Below are positions 51,736 through 61,019 of a stretch of 64,000 nucleotides of DNA, in pieces. Source of the DNA: Sedimentisphaerales bacterium (GTDB taxonomy: Bacteria; Planctomycetota; Phycisphaerae; Sedimentisphaerales; SM23-30); the NCBI GenBank assembly GCA_963666285.1, contig OY762711.1, one strand, 5' to 3'. The notes beneath the pieces were generated by a model that had not been told where the DNA came from, made no database searches, and saw nothing but the letters and a program-made list of their open reading frames with translations. The translations under genes and the position numbers were made by a program. Every line of letters begins with the position of its first letter. The stretch's first letter is position 1.

Positions 51736-52848
51736 CTAACCTTTAGGTTCAATCGTCTTGCCTGTATATTCCAATATGCCAATAAGAACCAGAATCATGA
51801 TAGTCTGGACGAAAATGAGTATCATTCCAAATGTTGATACCTGATGCAAAATCGTAGCCCCCAATCCGGTAACAGCGGTCGTAAGATAAATAGTCAGAAC
51901 CGCAGTTCTCTGGCTCATGCCGTGATTTGTCAACCTGTGTGAAAAATGCTGCTTGTCACCAACAAATGGACTTTTACCCTGCAGCAGGCGAATAACCACA
52001 ACAACAAAAAAGTCATATAACGGTACAGCCAATACTATCAGCGGCATAAGGGCGGCATAGCGTGGAGATGAACCTTCAGCTGAGTAATAAGTTGTCTTGA
52101 CTGAGGCAACCGCCATAAACAACCCAACCAGCAGCGAACCGGCATCACCCATAAATATCGATGCCGGGTTGAAGTTATAAAAAAGGAATCCTATCAGTGA
52201 ACCAACCACCATAGCAATAAAGCAACCCACAAATACCTGGCCGCTGGCTATCGCGGCAAAAAGTATTATACTCCCCGCAATTGCAGCAATACCGGCAGAC
52301 AAACCATCCATATTATCCAGAAAGTTAAACGAGTTTATTATTATTACTATCCATACCACAGACAGCAAAACCCGTAGAGCATAACTTTCTATAAAGAAGT
52401 CAAAACGAATATTTCCCGCAGTAGCCAGTAGTAATGCTGCCAGCAGTTGAACTGCCAGTTTGACTTTTGGACCCAATGCTTTTCTGTCATCAATCAAACC
52501 TGTAATGTGCAGAATTGTTGCTGCCAGAACAAATATCAGTAATTGAGGAGCTCGCTCTTTTAGACCGGGTAAATGAGACGCAAAAGTGCCTCCAAGAAGT
52601 TTTTCTGCAACATCTGGAGTCATCGCCAAAACAGATACACATAATATCCCCAGCGGAGCTACCACCGTCAGAAAAATTGCTATCCCGCCGCCAAGTGCAA
52701 TCGGCCTGGTATGCACCTTTCGATGGCCGGGCATATCAGCAAAACCACTTGCTATTGCCAGCTTGCGGACAACTGCTGTTAATACGGCAGAAGCGATAAG
52801 AGCGAAAACTCCTGCTGATATTATAAATGTCAGTTCTGTTATATTCAT
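51736..52848 (-). CDS. MraY/WecA family polyprenyl-phosphate HexNAc-1-P transferase
   Basis: RKVH.P..GG, GLIDD, NSFNFLDNMDGL, FMGDAGS, DKQHFSHRL. Confidence 0.92.
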   Translation of the reverse strand: MNITELTFIISAGVFALIASAVLTAVVRKLAIASGFADMPGHRKVHTRPIALGGGIAIFLTVVAPLGILCVSVLAMTPDVAEKLLGGTFASHLPGLKERAPQLLIFVLAATILHITGLIDDRKALGPKVKLAVQLLAALLLATAGNIRFDFFIESYALRVLLSVVWIVIIINSFNFLDNMDGLSAGIAAIAGSIILFAAIASGQVFVGCFIAMVVGSLIGFLFYNFNPASIFMGDAGSLLVGLFMAVASVKTTYYSAEGSSPRYAALMPLIVLAVPLYDFFVVVVIRLLQGKSPFVGDKQHFSHRLTNHGMSQRTAVLTIYLTTAVTGLGATILHQVSTFGMILIFVQTIMILVLIGILEYTGKTIEPKG

Positions 52849-52912
52849 AACTCTATCTGTTATTCAGCCAGAATATTTATAATTTGTCAAACAATCTTGA
52901 ATCGCAATTCGA

Positions 52913-53476
52913 TTACCAGACATCTGGCCTGTCTTTTGTAGCCTCGATATATGACTCTCGAGCTGCATTCAAAAACGGGTCATAGTCACCAGATCCATAG
53001 TCAGGATAAGTATAAGGCCAGGAATTCCATTTTTCATAGCAATAATGAAGGGTAGCCTCTGCATACATATCATTACCTATATAAACCCGATGAGAATAGT
53101 CTTTTGTCGTTACCAGTACCAGTTTACTGCTGTTAATATACCCCGGGTCGAGATTAACTGCCCGCTTTACCGCGAGCGACTGTGCAGCAGGCACTTCCTG
53201 CAAGTCCAGCTCAAGCTTATTGGATTGATGTTTTATGCCGGAAATATCCTCGGGCAAAATCAGCTTTTCAAAGGCAACAAATTTTCGCAGCAGACCTTCA
53301 CCCATTGCTTTATTGTAATATCGGGTATAGATAAACGGCATTACCTCTGACCTGACATCTATCCGGCCCCAAAGTTCTGCCATAAACTGCTCAGCCAGAT
53401 CAAACAATTGCTCATTCAGGCTCAACATGCCTACAATAAGCTTAACCGGTTTTTGTGGATATAATTTTTGAGTCAC
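52913..53476 (-). CDS. DUF4416 family protein
   Basis: T.YY..MG, NLDPGY, LVTTKDYSHRVYI, WPYTYPDY. Confidence 0.8.
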   Translation of the reverse strand: MTQKLYPQKPVKLIVGMLSLNEQLFDLAEQFMAELWGRIDVRSEVMPFIYTRYYNKAMGEGLLRKFVAFEKLILPEDISGIKHQSNKLELDLQEVPAAQSLAVKRAVNLDPGYINSSKLVLVTTKDYSHRVYIGNDMYAEATLHYCYEKWNSWPYTYPDYGSGDYDPFLNAARESYIEATKDRPDVW

Positions 53477-53508
53477 GATAATCCAAAATATTGAAAAAAT
53501 GCCATATT

Positions 53509-53548
53509 AAAAAAGGCACAAGGACTCTTCGCCGTCCATGTGCCCTTT
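53509..53548 (-). terminator. Probable intrinsic terminator
   Basis: GGCACA.GGAC..GTCC.TGTGCC stem with T-run on minus strand. Confidence 0.6.
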
Positions 53549-53579
53549 ATATTTATTATAATAATTGTGATTAAATCAC

Positions 53580-55016
53580 TTAATTCTCTGCCTGCTTATC
53601 AGAGTATCCAATAAAGCGGAAGAATCGCTTCATATTAAATGTTGGAACTCCAAGCCTTGACCCTTCATCGATTGCTGCCTTATACTGTTCAACTCTTTTC
53701 ATTGCTTTTTCTGCTGCGTCAGTGGCATCCTGACTACCGCCAATTACATTTTGCGGTGCTATCGGCTCGTATCCATATACCAGGAAGTCAGTGTCAACAC
53801 CAACTGTATTTACGACCTTACCACCCCAGCCTTTAATCAAGGTTACAATCCTGTCGTAACCATCAATATCAATTTCTTCGTTCATATCAAAATCAAAATC
53901 ACCTACAACACAGAAATTGAATTCTTTTTCCTTATCCCAAACCAGGTTGGCAATAATATCACCTTTTATAATCGGGTTCGTGCTTTTCGTTTCCACAACA
54001 CGACATTTTGATATACTATCAAGAATCTCTACAACTTCAATGGTGGCTTTACCCTGACCGTTAGTCGGAACTGTTTTATCAAGACCATCATAAACACTGA
54101 AAGTCAAGCCGCGATATATTTTATCGTTGGCAGCAAGGTTGATATAAACCATTCTCTCACGAGCGTCAACTGATATAATTGTACCATCAGGATCAAGAGC
54201 TTCCAAGCCCTCTGTAGGATTCGGACGAATAATTTTTACTATTTCTTCAAGATCTTCAGCTTTCTTGGTCAGACTTTCGACAACTTCCTGCTTCTGATCC
54301 AGTTCCTGCTTCATTGTATCAGTCTGTTTCTGGATCTCGTCTTTTTCTTTCTGCAGGGCCTGGACATGATTTTCAAATCTTCCCTGGATATCTTCAATAC
54401 TGTCATTAGTCTGATTTTTCATATTCGCCACTGTCATACCAAGCGAATCAATCTGGGTCTGAAGTTCTTCGATTTGTTTTTTATAAGTATCGTTCTGCTG
54501 TGCACTGGAGTCAAGCTGCTGACTGGCTTCTTGTGCCAGCTGATTCATCTGGCCATTTAACTCATCAAGCAATCCGATTAGATCTCCAATGATACCTGCC
54601 AAACCTTTCTCTTTTGCCTCTTCTTCGGTAATCCCTAAGATTCCAGAAACATCCAGCCATACTGATTCCAGACGGTTATCAATATTTGCCTTGGCAGTCG
54701 ATAAACTGTAATTCACCTGGTTTTTACCTATTAGTGAATTACTGAAATCCCTTACAACAGCATCAAGCTTCTTAAAAGTGGTACCACCACCTTGAACGCT
54801 GGCACTTTCAGCCAGTTTTTTAACTTCATTAATTTCACTTGCATTTCCAAGCTGATCAAGTTGCGATTTCGCATCTTTTGCCTGCTTGTTATACTTTTCA
54901 ATATTCACATATAATGTTATTGCCAGACCGGCGGTAATGAGAAACAAAACGATGAATATCACCATTACTATTACGGCTGTATTGCCACTATCAGAGCCGC
55001 CTTTGGGAGCTGCCAT
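53580..55016 (-). CDS. Membrane-anchored coiled-coil protein with beta domain and BRCT-like C-terminus
   Basis: N-terminal TM, long heptad region, 'DGTIISV..VYINL..GLTFSVYD..IEVV..GDII.N', 'IKGWGGKVV..TDFLVYG'. Confidence 0.75.
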   Translation of the reverse strand: MAAPKGGSDSGNTAVIVMVIFIVLFLITAGLAITLYVNIEKYNKQAKDAKSQLDQLGNASEINEVKKLAESASVQGGGTTFKKLDAVVRDFSNSLIGKNQVNYSLSTAKANIDNRLESVWLDVSGILGITEEEAKEKGLAGIIGDLIGLLDELNGQMNQLAQEASQQLDSSAQQNDTYKKQIEELQTQIDSLGMTVANMKNQTNDSIEDIQGRFENHVQALQKEKDEIQKQTDTMKQELDQKQEVVESLTKKAEDLEEIVKIIRPNPTEGLEALDPDGTIISVDARERMVYINLAANDKIYRGLTFSVYDGLDKTVPTNGQGKATIEVVEILDSISKCRVVETKSTNPIIKGDIIANLVWDKEKEFNFCVVGDFDFDMNEEIDIDGYDRIVTLIKGWGGKVVNTVGVDTDFLVYGYEPIAPQNVIGGSQDATDAAEKAMKRVEQYKAAIDEGSRLGVPTFNMKRFFRFIGYSDKQAEN

Positions 55017-55252
55017 AAGTTATTTCTCCTAAATACGTTAAGGTGTGAAACATGGTTGGTTTATGTATCATTGACGCCGGATAGCAATATATCAGCGTAT
55101 TGAACAGTAACGTAATATATCTAAAATATAGTAACAGGTCAAGAATAATTCATAAATGGCTAGATTAACAAAAGGATAGCCCAAAGCACGCCAACCTCTT
55201 GGGCCAACCAAAACTGCACACCCTTTTTTATCGCTAAGAAGCTATTTATTTC

Positions 55253-55280
55253 TTGACTAACAGGGCGTTAACACTATAAT
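55253..55280 (+). promoter_or_regulatory. Candidate sigma70 promoter
   Basis: TTGACT-N16-TATAAT, about 370 nt upstream of 55654. Confidence 0.5.
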
Positions 55281-55653
55281 GAAATTCTGCGTTTTTGGAA
55301 TTAATTACATCTAAAAATGCGTAACAGACAGTATAGCAAATTGTTAGATTACTTTGATTTGACTATTTGCTTAACACGCCTGAGTTATTGCAGTTTTGGA
55401 CTTTAATGGCCAAACGCAAACCTTACCTGATTTATCAAACAGATAACATTGTGTAATTTATTCTACAAAATCAGTGTATTATGTTGTAGAATAAAGACTT
55501 ACAAGCATTAGCATGCAGGTAAAATTGAAAAATCTCATGCAAGTTTTGGCTTTCAGGTATGATTGATTACTAAAAAATAAATATTAAGTTTAAAAGCAAT
55601 CAGATATTATTATACACAATAGTGTAGTATAGCCCTGCTTAAGGAGTAATAAC

Positions 55654-56520
55654 TTGAGTACCATAACAAAAGTATTTGCCGTATTAGTCTCTCTTTTATC
55701 AATCTTCCTCTGTGGTGTTGTTATAGCATTCATGGGAAAAGTTCAGGATTACAAAGAGCTTTATGAAGACCAGAAAGTTTTGGCTGATGCCGCTCAGGTT
55801 ATGGCATACAGTGCCGAACAGAGACTCGAAAAAGCCAACCTTACCTATGGCAAAGCTGCAGAACTTACCAGCGAAAGGCTCAAAGATCTGCGTGATCAAT
55901 ACAACACCATGAGTGTTGACCTTGCTCAAGCCGAACAGGAAAGTGTTTTGGAAAGCAGTAAAGCTGACTCTGCTGTTAAGCTGGTCACTGCTATGCGTAC
56001 TACTATTCAAGACATGCAAAATGCATATGAAACCCTTTGGTCTGATTTTGACGACAACAGATCTCAGATGCTTCAGGCTCAAACTCAGGTTACTGAGCTT
56101 ACCCGCCAGCTAAACAATGAAATGGCACGCACAAAACAGATGGAAGATACCAACCGTCGTCGTGCTGAACAGATTGCCGGACTGGAAGAGCAGATTGCTA
56201 AACTTAACCAGCAGCTGGATAAATACAACATCGCCCAGAAAGAGTTCGATAGCGACACCGCTGTTGCTCAGGTACTGCCTGAAATGACTGGCGTTCCAAT
56301 AATGGGTGAAATTACTGAGATGGATGATAACATTGTTGCTATCTCTGTTGGCAGCACTTCCGGTGTTCGTGAAAACATGAGATTCTGGATTGTTCGCGGT
56401 GATAAATTCCTGGGTAATCTGGACATTATCTATGTTGAAGCTGACGAAGCTGCCGGACGCTTAAGTAACAAACAGGATGTTATCGTTGAAGGCGATATGG
56501 TTACTACTGACTTTAACTAA
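55654..56520 (+). CDS. Membrane-anchored coiled-coil protein with C-terminal beta domain
   Basis: TTG start behind AAGGAG; N-terminal TM, coiled coil, 'GEI..VAISVGSTSGV..F.I.RG..FLG.L.I..V..GDMV'. Confidence 0.8.
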   Translation: MSTITKVFAVLVSLLSIFLCGVVIAFMGKVQDYKELYEDQKVLADAAQVMAYSAEQRLEKANLTYGKAAELTSERLKDLRDQYNTMSVDLAQAEQESVLESSKADSAVKLVTAMRTTIQDMQNAYETLWSDFDDNRSQMLQAQTQVTELTRQLNNEMARTKQMEDTNRRRAEQIAGLEEQIAKLNQQLDKYNIAQKEFDSDTAVAQVLPEMTGVPIMGEITEMDDNIVAISVGSTSGVRENMRFWIVRGDKFLGNLDIIYVEADEAAGRLSNKQDVIVEGDMVTTDFN

Positions 56521-56554
56521 ACCAGGCTATTAACTGCTTATTTGAGGATAGAAA

Positions 56555-56722
56555 ATGGCTAAGAAGAAACCAGATGCCGTTAAGAAAAAAGTACCTAAAG
56601 GTGGACCGGCCGCTGAGATGGACGTATATACCGGCCTGCTCGGCATAACCCTGATGGCTATGATTGGCACCACTGTATGGGTTTGCTTGAAGAGCATGGC
56701 GTTCTTTGATACCCTATTCTAG
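56555..56722 (+). CDS. Small (55 aa) single-TM protein, not in ORF track
   Basis: GAGGA RBS; MAKKKPDAVKKKVPKGGPAAEMDVYTGLLGITLMAMIGTTVWVCLKSMAFFDTLF; hairpin follows at about 56750-56776. Confidence 0.75.
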   Translation: MAKKKPDAVKKKVPKGGPAAEMDVYTGLLGITLMAMIGTTVWVCLKSMAFFDTLF

Positions 56723-56897
56723 TCCTGGCTGGTTTATTGAAAAATTAAATGCCGTTAGGATATCTTCTAACGGCAATTTTATTGATTCGCGTAATTTAGA
56801 ATAACAATTTGGGCATACCGTATTTTTATCAGCTCTGGTTGTTATAAACATTATACAGAAAATTCTCTACATATTGGTACGAAAGGATTGACTTTTT

Positions 56898-57065
56898 ATG
56901 CTAGAATATGAAAACCTAAAAAAACTGGTAGCTGAAGTTGAAGAAGATGTAATTAAAGCAGAAGGTGGTAACAAAGCTGCCGGTACACGTGTTCGTAAAT
57001 CTATGCAGGATATTAAAGCCGCTGCTCAGGAAGTAAGAGTAAAGATTTTGGAAGGTCGTGAATAA
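56898..57065 (+). CDS. Hc1-family 'histone H1-like' small protein, not in ORF track
   Basis: AAAGGA RBS; MLEYENLKKLVAEVEEDVIKAEGGNKAAGTRVRKSMQDIKAAAQEVRVKILEGRE; GNKAAGTRxRK signature. Confidence 0.85.
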   Translation: MLEYENLKKLVAEVEEDVIKAEGGNKAAGTRVRKSMQDIKAAAQEVRVKILEGRE

Positions 57066-57132
57066 TTTTTACAGCTGCTAAAATTGTGGGCCGGAGCTGA
57101 GACAGTTCTCGCTCACAGCTAAGAGAAAAAGG

Positions 57133-57167
57133 GCCGCAAAGAGAATATTGCTTTTTGCGGTTTTTTT
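57133..57167 (+). terminator. Intrinsic terminator
   Basis: CCGCAAAGAG-aatattg-CTTTTTGCGG-TTTTTTT. Confidence 0.75.
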
Positions 57168-57264
57168 ATGGATTATTTTTCACTATTAAACAGTTCTTGT
57201 ACTAGATAATAGTATAACCTTCTTTATTTTGCGGATTAACCGCTCAAAAACTTCAGGAGTTAAT

Positions 57265-57738
57265 ATGCCGCCGAAATGGTTATTCGATATTAGTGATATT
57301 GATTTTGAAAATGTTGTTATGGATGTTGATAAAATCGAATCTATAAACCCGCATAGATTTGAAATGCGGCAAATAGACGCAATCATTTATCACGCACCGG
57401 AAAAAGATGAAATTATTGCCCTTAAAGAAGTTAAAGACGATGAATTCTGGGTCAGAGGACATATCCCGGGTCGCCCTATTTATCCTGGAGTACTGATGGT
57501 AGAAGCCGCTGCCCAAATGGCAAGTATTGCAGCTATCAGTGAAACCGGCGAAAAACGCTTTGTTGGTTTCGGCGGCATTCAGGACGTCAAATTCCGCCAG
57601 CAGGTAGGACCGGGTGATAAGCTGTACATTCTGGGAAAATTCCTGCAAAAATCTCCTAGAAAATTTACTATGGCCGTTCAGGGAATTGTTGACGGCAAGA
57701 TGGTATTTGAGGCACAGGTTATCGGAATGCCTCTGTAA
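57265..57738 (+). CDS. fabZ: 3-hydroxyacyl-ACP dehydratase (FabZ-like)
   Basis: PHRFEM, EFWVRGHIPGRPIYPGVLMVEAAAQ, VKFR.V.PGD; AGGAG RBS. Confidence 0.85.
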   Translation: MPPKWLFDISDIDFENVVMDVDKIESINPHRFEMRQIDAIIYHAPEKDEIIALKEVKDDEFWVRGHIPGRPIYPGVLMVEAAAQMASIAAISETGEKRFVGFGGIQDVKFRQQVGPGDKLYILGKFLQKSPRKFTMAVQGIVDGKMVFEAQVIGMPL

Positions 57739-57787
57739 GTGGCACTTCATATCTCTGGAAATTTCAATTAATACGCCGAAATTTGAG

Positions 57788-57816
57788 TTGAATTTACTTT
57801 TGAGCCGTGATATAAT
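57788..57816 (+). promoter_or_regulatory. Sigma70 promoter of tRNA
   Basis: TTGAAT-N17-TATAAT with extended TGn. Confidence 0.75.
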
Positions 57817-57832
57817 GCGGGTCTGTATCGCT

Positions 57833-57906
57833 GGCTGGATAGCTCAGATGGTTAGAGCGGCGGATTCATAGCCCGCAGGTCCCCGGTTCAATTCCGGGTC
57901 CAGCTA
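57833..57906 (+). tRNA. tRNA with CAT anticodon, probably elongator Met (CCA not encoded)
   Basis: GGCTGGA/TCCAGCT acceptor, GCTC..GAGC D-arm, TT-CAT-AG loop, CCCGG-TTCAATT-CCGGG T-arm. Confidence 0.92.
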
Positions 57907-57916
57907 CTTACATTAT

Positions 57917-57951
57917 AAACCTCATTATTGAATTAATAATGGGGTTTTTTT
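57917..57951 (+). terminator. Intrinsic terminator after tRNA
   Basis: AAACCTCATTATT-gaatt-AATAATGGGGTTTTTTT. Confidence 0.8.
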
Positions 57952-58009
57952 ACGGTCTTTTTTTGACAAACTACTATATACAATATACAACCAACATCCA
58001 TAATACCTT

Positions 58010-59068
58010 TCATTTCTGTTCTGAAAAACAAGGCATTACGTCCTGCTCAAAATAAGGTTCCTGATTTACCCAAAACATATATTGTACTTTAAGAAAGTCT
58101 TTTGCAAATGCCTGAAGTAAAGGAACCATATTGTTCCTATTCTCCAATACTTTTTCAGAGTTCGTTTCACCTATATAATTCCCATCCTGTATTGCTATTC
58201 CTAACGGCACAGTATATTCGCTCTCATGCATCATAGCAATCGCATGGTTAAGTTGTCCTTTTCTATGAACCATTAAATCAGGAGCTCCCAAACCTACCCC
58301 TATTTCTTCACCATACTGATAAATAGATTTCAAATACCCTTTATCATCCCATGGCAACCATTCTCCGGGCATAAAATTCGCATACTGCATAGTCGTTGAT
58401 CTTGGAAAAGCCTTCTTTAGAGCAAGCATATTTACCTTAACTGCTTCAGCGTAACCTGAGCCAGAAAATGACGCATCATCTTTACCGGAAACTTCAATTA
58501 CAGTCTCCTGTAAATTTATTCCTTCAATCTTACCATCGAATTCCTTACCAAGTGCCATAAGCAAACTAGCAAACCTTACTTGAACGTTTTTATCCCATCT
58601 TCTGGCAGTCCATCCATATGGAGTTCCATTTTCTGATCGCTGATAAATAACTCCGCCACCATATTCCCCCGACATTAAATAGTTCGGAACCCCTTTGTAC
58701 TTTGTCGAAAAAGTTGCATCCTGTAATTGAATAAAGAGCATTTTCTTCTTTAATTTAAGATATTTATAATCTTCTAAAATGATTGAAAAATCATATTGAT
58801 CTTTCTTTGGCTCAAGCTGCCGCCAAGAGTACATAATTTGAGCTCCCCTAAACCTAGAGTTGCTCAAAAAAGGATGATCATGTATGAGTTCTCTATCCCT
58901 GGCAAAGTATACAAAATGTTTAATACCATCCTCTTCAATAGGACATTTAGCATCTAAATACTTTTTATAGGCATTTACATATTTTTCGCCTGGGTTAGTT
59001 GGCTCTTTAGCATAGATGCATGCTATAAAACTACTAAATAGAATAACACAAATAACATATTTATTCAT
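58010..59068 (-). CDS. Secreted hypothetical protein, glycoside-hydrolase-like TIM barrel
   Basis: Signal peptide; 'YSWRQLEPKKDQYDFS', 'VPNYL', 'LGKEFDG..EGINLQET', 'GAPD'. Confidence 0.6.
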   Translation of the reverse strand: MNKYVICVILFSSFIACIYAKEPTNPGEKYVNAYKKYLDAKCPIEEDGIKHFVYFARDRELIHDHPFLSNSRFRGAQIMYSWRQLEPKKDQYDFSIILEDYKYLKLKKKMLFIQLQDATFSTKYKGVPNYLMSGEYGGGVIYQRSENGTPYGWTARRWDKNVQVRFASLLMALGKEFDGKIEGINLQETVIEVSGKDDASFSGSGYAEAVKVNMLALKKAFPRSTTMQYANFMPGEWLPWDDKGYLKSIYQYGEEIGVGLGAPDLMVHRKGQLNHAIAMMHESEYTVPLGIAIQDGNYIGETNSEKVLENRNNMVPLLQAFAKDFLKVQYMFWVNQEPYFEQDVMPCFSEQK

Positions 59069-59590
59069 TTAGAAACACTCCATAGATAATAAAACAAACA
59101 ATTAGACCTTTTCTTACTGCCAGTAGAGTATATTATAAATGGAAATATTTCAATTATCCTTATAATTAATATTTTCCAGATAATTACGTTTCAGATAACT
59201 GTGTATTCAACATCTTTTTCAGTGATTCCCTGATTTTAACCGGACATACCAGAATTGTTCGAGTGTTGTTTGGAATCTGTAATAAAAACTGTCTATATGT
59301 TGTATATATTGCTTTCACGCAATGACTTATGGAAATCCATAGCCGCAAGCTCACGATTCAATTCCAGGTCCAGTTACTTACAAATTACCCCTTGTACATA
59401 TTTAAGTTCAAGGGTTTTTTATTTTCAGTTTTTGATAGTAACATAGCATTAAATCCTTCTATCCTTACCCTTCAAAAAATATTGTAAAATTGCATACAGC
59501 TATTTTATGCCAGCTTACCTGTCACTCTTTTTCTATTCATGTTTTGATAAAAACTTACCGATAAACAATGCAATCGATAAGGATAAAACT

Positions 59591-60829
59591 ATGCCAATAA
59601 CATTACCAGTAAGCCAGCTTGAGCCAGGTATGTGTCTTTCTAAAAGTATTGAGAATAAGTATAACATACTTCTGTCTCAGGGACGTATACTTACCCAAGA
59701 AGACATAGAAGCGTTAACCAAGAGGTTTCCTGCAGAGTTAGTCCAGATTGGCAACCCCATACTTGATGACCTGGTTGAGTTTGACGACACATCCTCATCT
59801 GATAAGATTTCAAAAGAAGTACGCAAAGCTGTTTCAAAAATTACAGAAAAAATAAGTTGTTCTGTTAGAAATGGTGTTGTACTTAATGCCAATAATGTTA
59901 CCGGCCTGAAAACCATAGTCAACAACCTTATGGCCTATATGTCCAAAAACCCTGTCGCTCAGGCATTAGTCGAACAGAGCAATGGCTGGGATGACTATAT
60001 CAAAGAACATAATGCTAATGTCTTTTATCTCAGTATGGTAATCGGCAACACTATCAGGAACTATGTAAAAACTGAACGCCACCGCCAGACAGCAGCTTCC
60101 AAAGTAAAAAATGCAATGGATCTTACTCCTCTTGCATTTGCTGCATTATTAAAAGATATCGCACTTGCAGATAAAGCACATTTGCTGACAAAGACCAAAC
60201 CTCTTACTCCTTCTGAAATCGCTATGATCAGGATGCACCCTCTTGAAGGAGCCCGACTTATCCCCAACGAACTTCACCCAATGGTAAAGAGTGTTGTGCG
60301 TACTCATCACGAAAACATGAACGGAACCGGCTATCCGGAAGGCGTAAGTGGAAACAAAATATCAATCTTTGCCCGAATTATTCGAATAGCCGATGCTTAT
60401 AGCGCTGCAATCTCCACCAACACATTCAAAAAAGCTAAACCAACTGTCCAAGTTTTATATGATATGATTTATGGCAGCTACAAAACATATTATGACCCAT
60501 TATTGTTGAAAGTACTGGCCAGTATAATATCACCTTTCCCTTGCGGTGCTAAACTGGAACTTTCTGATGGACAATTCGCTGTAGTAACTAAACATAATCC
60601 GAAAAATCCATTTAAACCTCAAGTCATAATTGCCTTTGATAAGAATAATGAACCCATTATCAAAGCTAAACTGGAAGAGCCTTTTTACCTGAACGAAAGA
60701 AAAGAAATTGAAGTTTTTTATTATAACGACCAGGACATTTCGTTTATTAATAATTGCAATCAAGGCTACGATTCTCTGGAGATTGCCTCAACCGACTGCT
60801 CGCAAATATTTAACCTTACCTATCCTTGA
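59591..60829 (+). CDS. HD-GYP domain protein (HD motif degenerate)
   Basis: LEPGM N-terminus, MHP..G, HHENMNGTGYP, ARIIRIADAY; LLKDI instead of LLHDI. Confidence 0.85.
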   Translation: MPITLPVSQLEPGMCLSKSIENKYNILLSQGRILTQEDIEALTKRFPAELVQIGNPILDDLVEFDDTSSSDKISKEVRKAVSKITEKISCSVRNGVVLNANNVTGLKTIVNNLMAYMSKNPVAQALVEQSNGWDDYIKEHNANVFYLSMVIGNTIRNYVKTERHRQTAASKVKNAMDLTPLAFAALLKDIALADKAHLLTKTKPLTPSEIAMIRMHPLEGARLIPNELHPMVKSVVRTHHENMNGTGYPEGVSGNKISIFARIIRIADAYSAAISTNTFKKAKPTVQVLYDMIYGSYKTYYDPLLLKVLASIISPFPCGAKLELSDGQFAVVTKHNPKNPFKPQVIIAFDKNNEPIIKAKLEEPFYLNERKEIEVFYYNDQDISFINNCNQGYDSLEIASTDCSQIFNLTYP

Positions 60830-60849
60830 TAAATCAGACTTCACATATA

Positions 60850-60968
60850 GTTAACTCTCGAGTTTTTAAGTTGCAAAAGCCTTCTTGCAGCACTTTCTGT
60901 CAAAAAGAAGCATAAGACGCAATGTTGAGCTCTCAAAAGTGTGCCATGCTATGATGCGAAGCATAAAC
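60850..60968 (+). repeat. MITE-like repeat, family 1, copy B (shorter)
   Basis: GTTAACTCTCGAGTTTTTAAGTTGCAA...CAAAAGTGTGCCATGCTATGATGCGAAGCATAAAC matches both ends of 17324-17511. Confidence 0.7.
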
Positions 60969-61019
60969 CGCACAACATATTCTCTTTCCCTTATCGATCC
61001 AACTCACTATAATATACAA

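Noticed and set aside
59537..59564. Sigma28-like promoter TCATG-N15-ACCGATAA before HD-GYP
   Set aside because: Weak -35 match and no convincing equivalent before fapA, pilZ or the MCP gene
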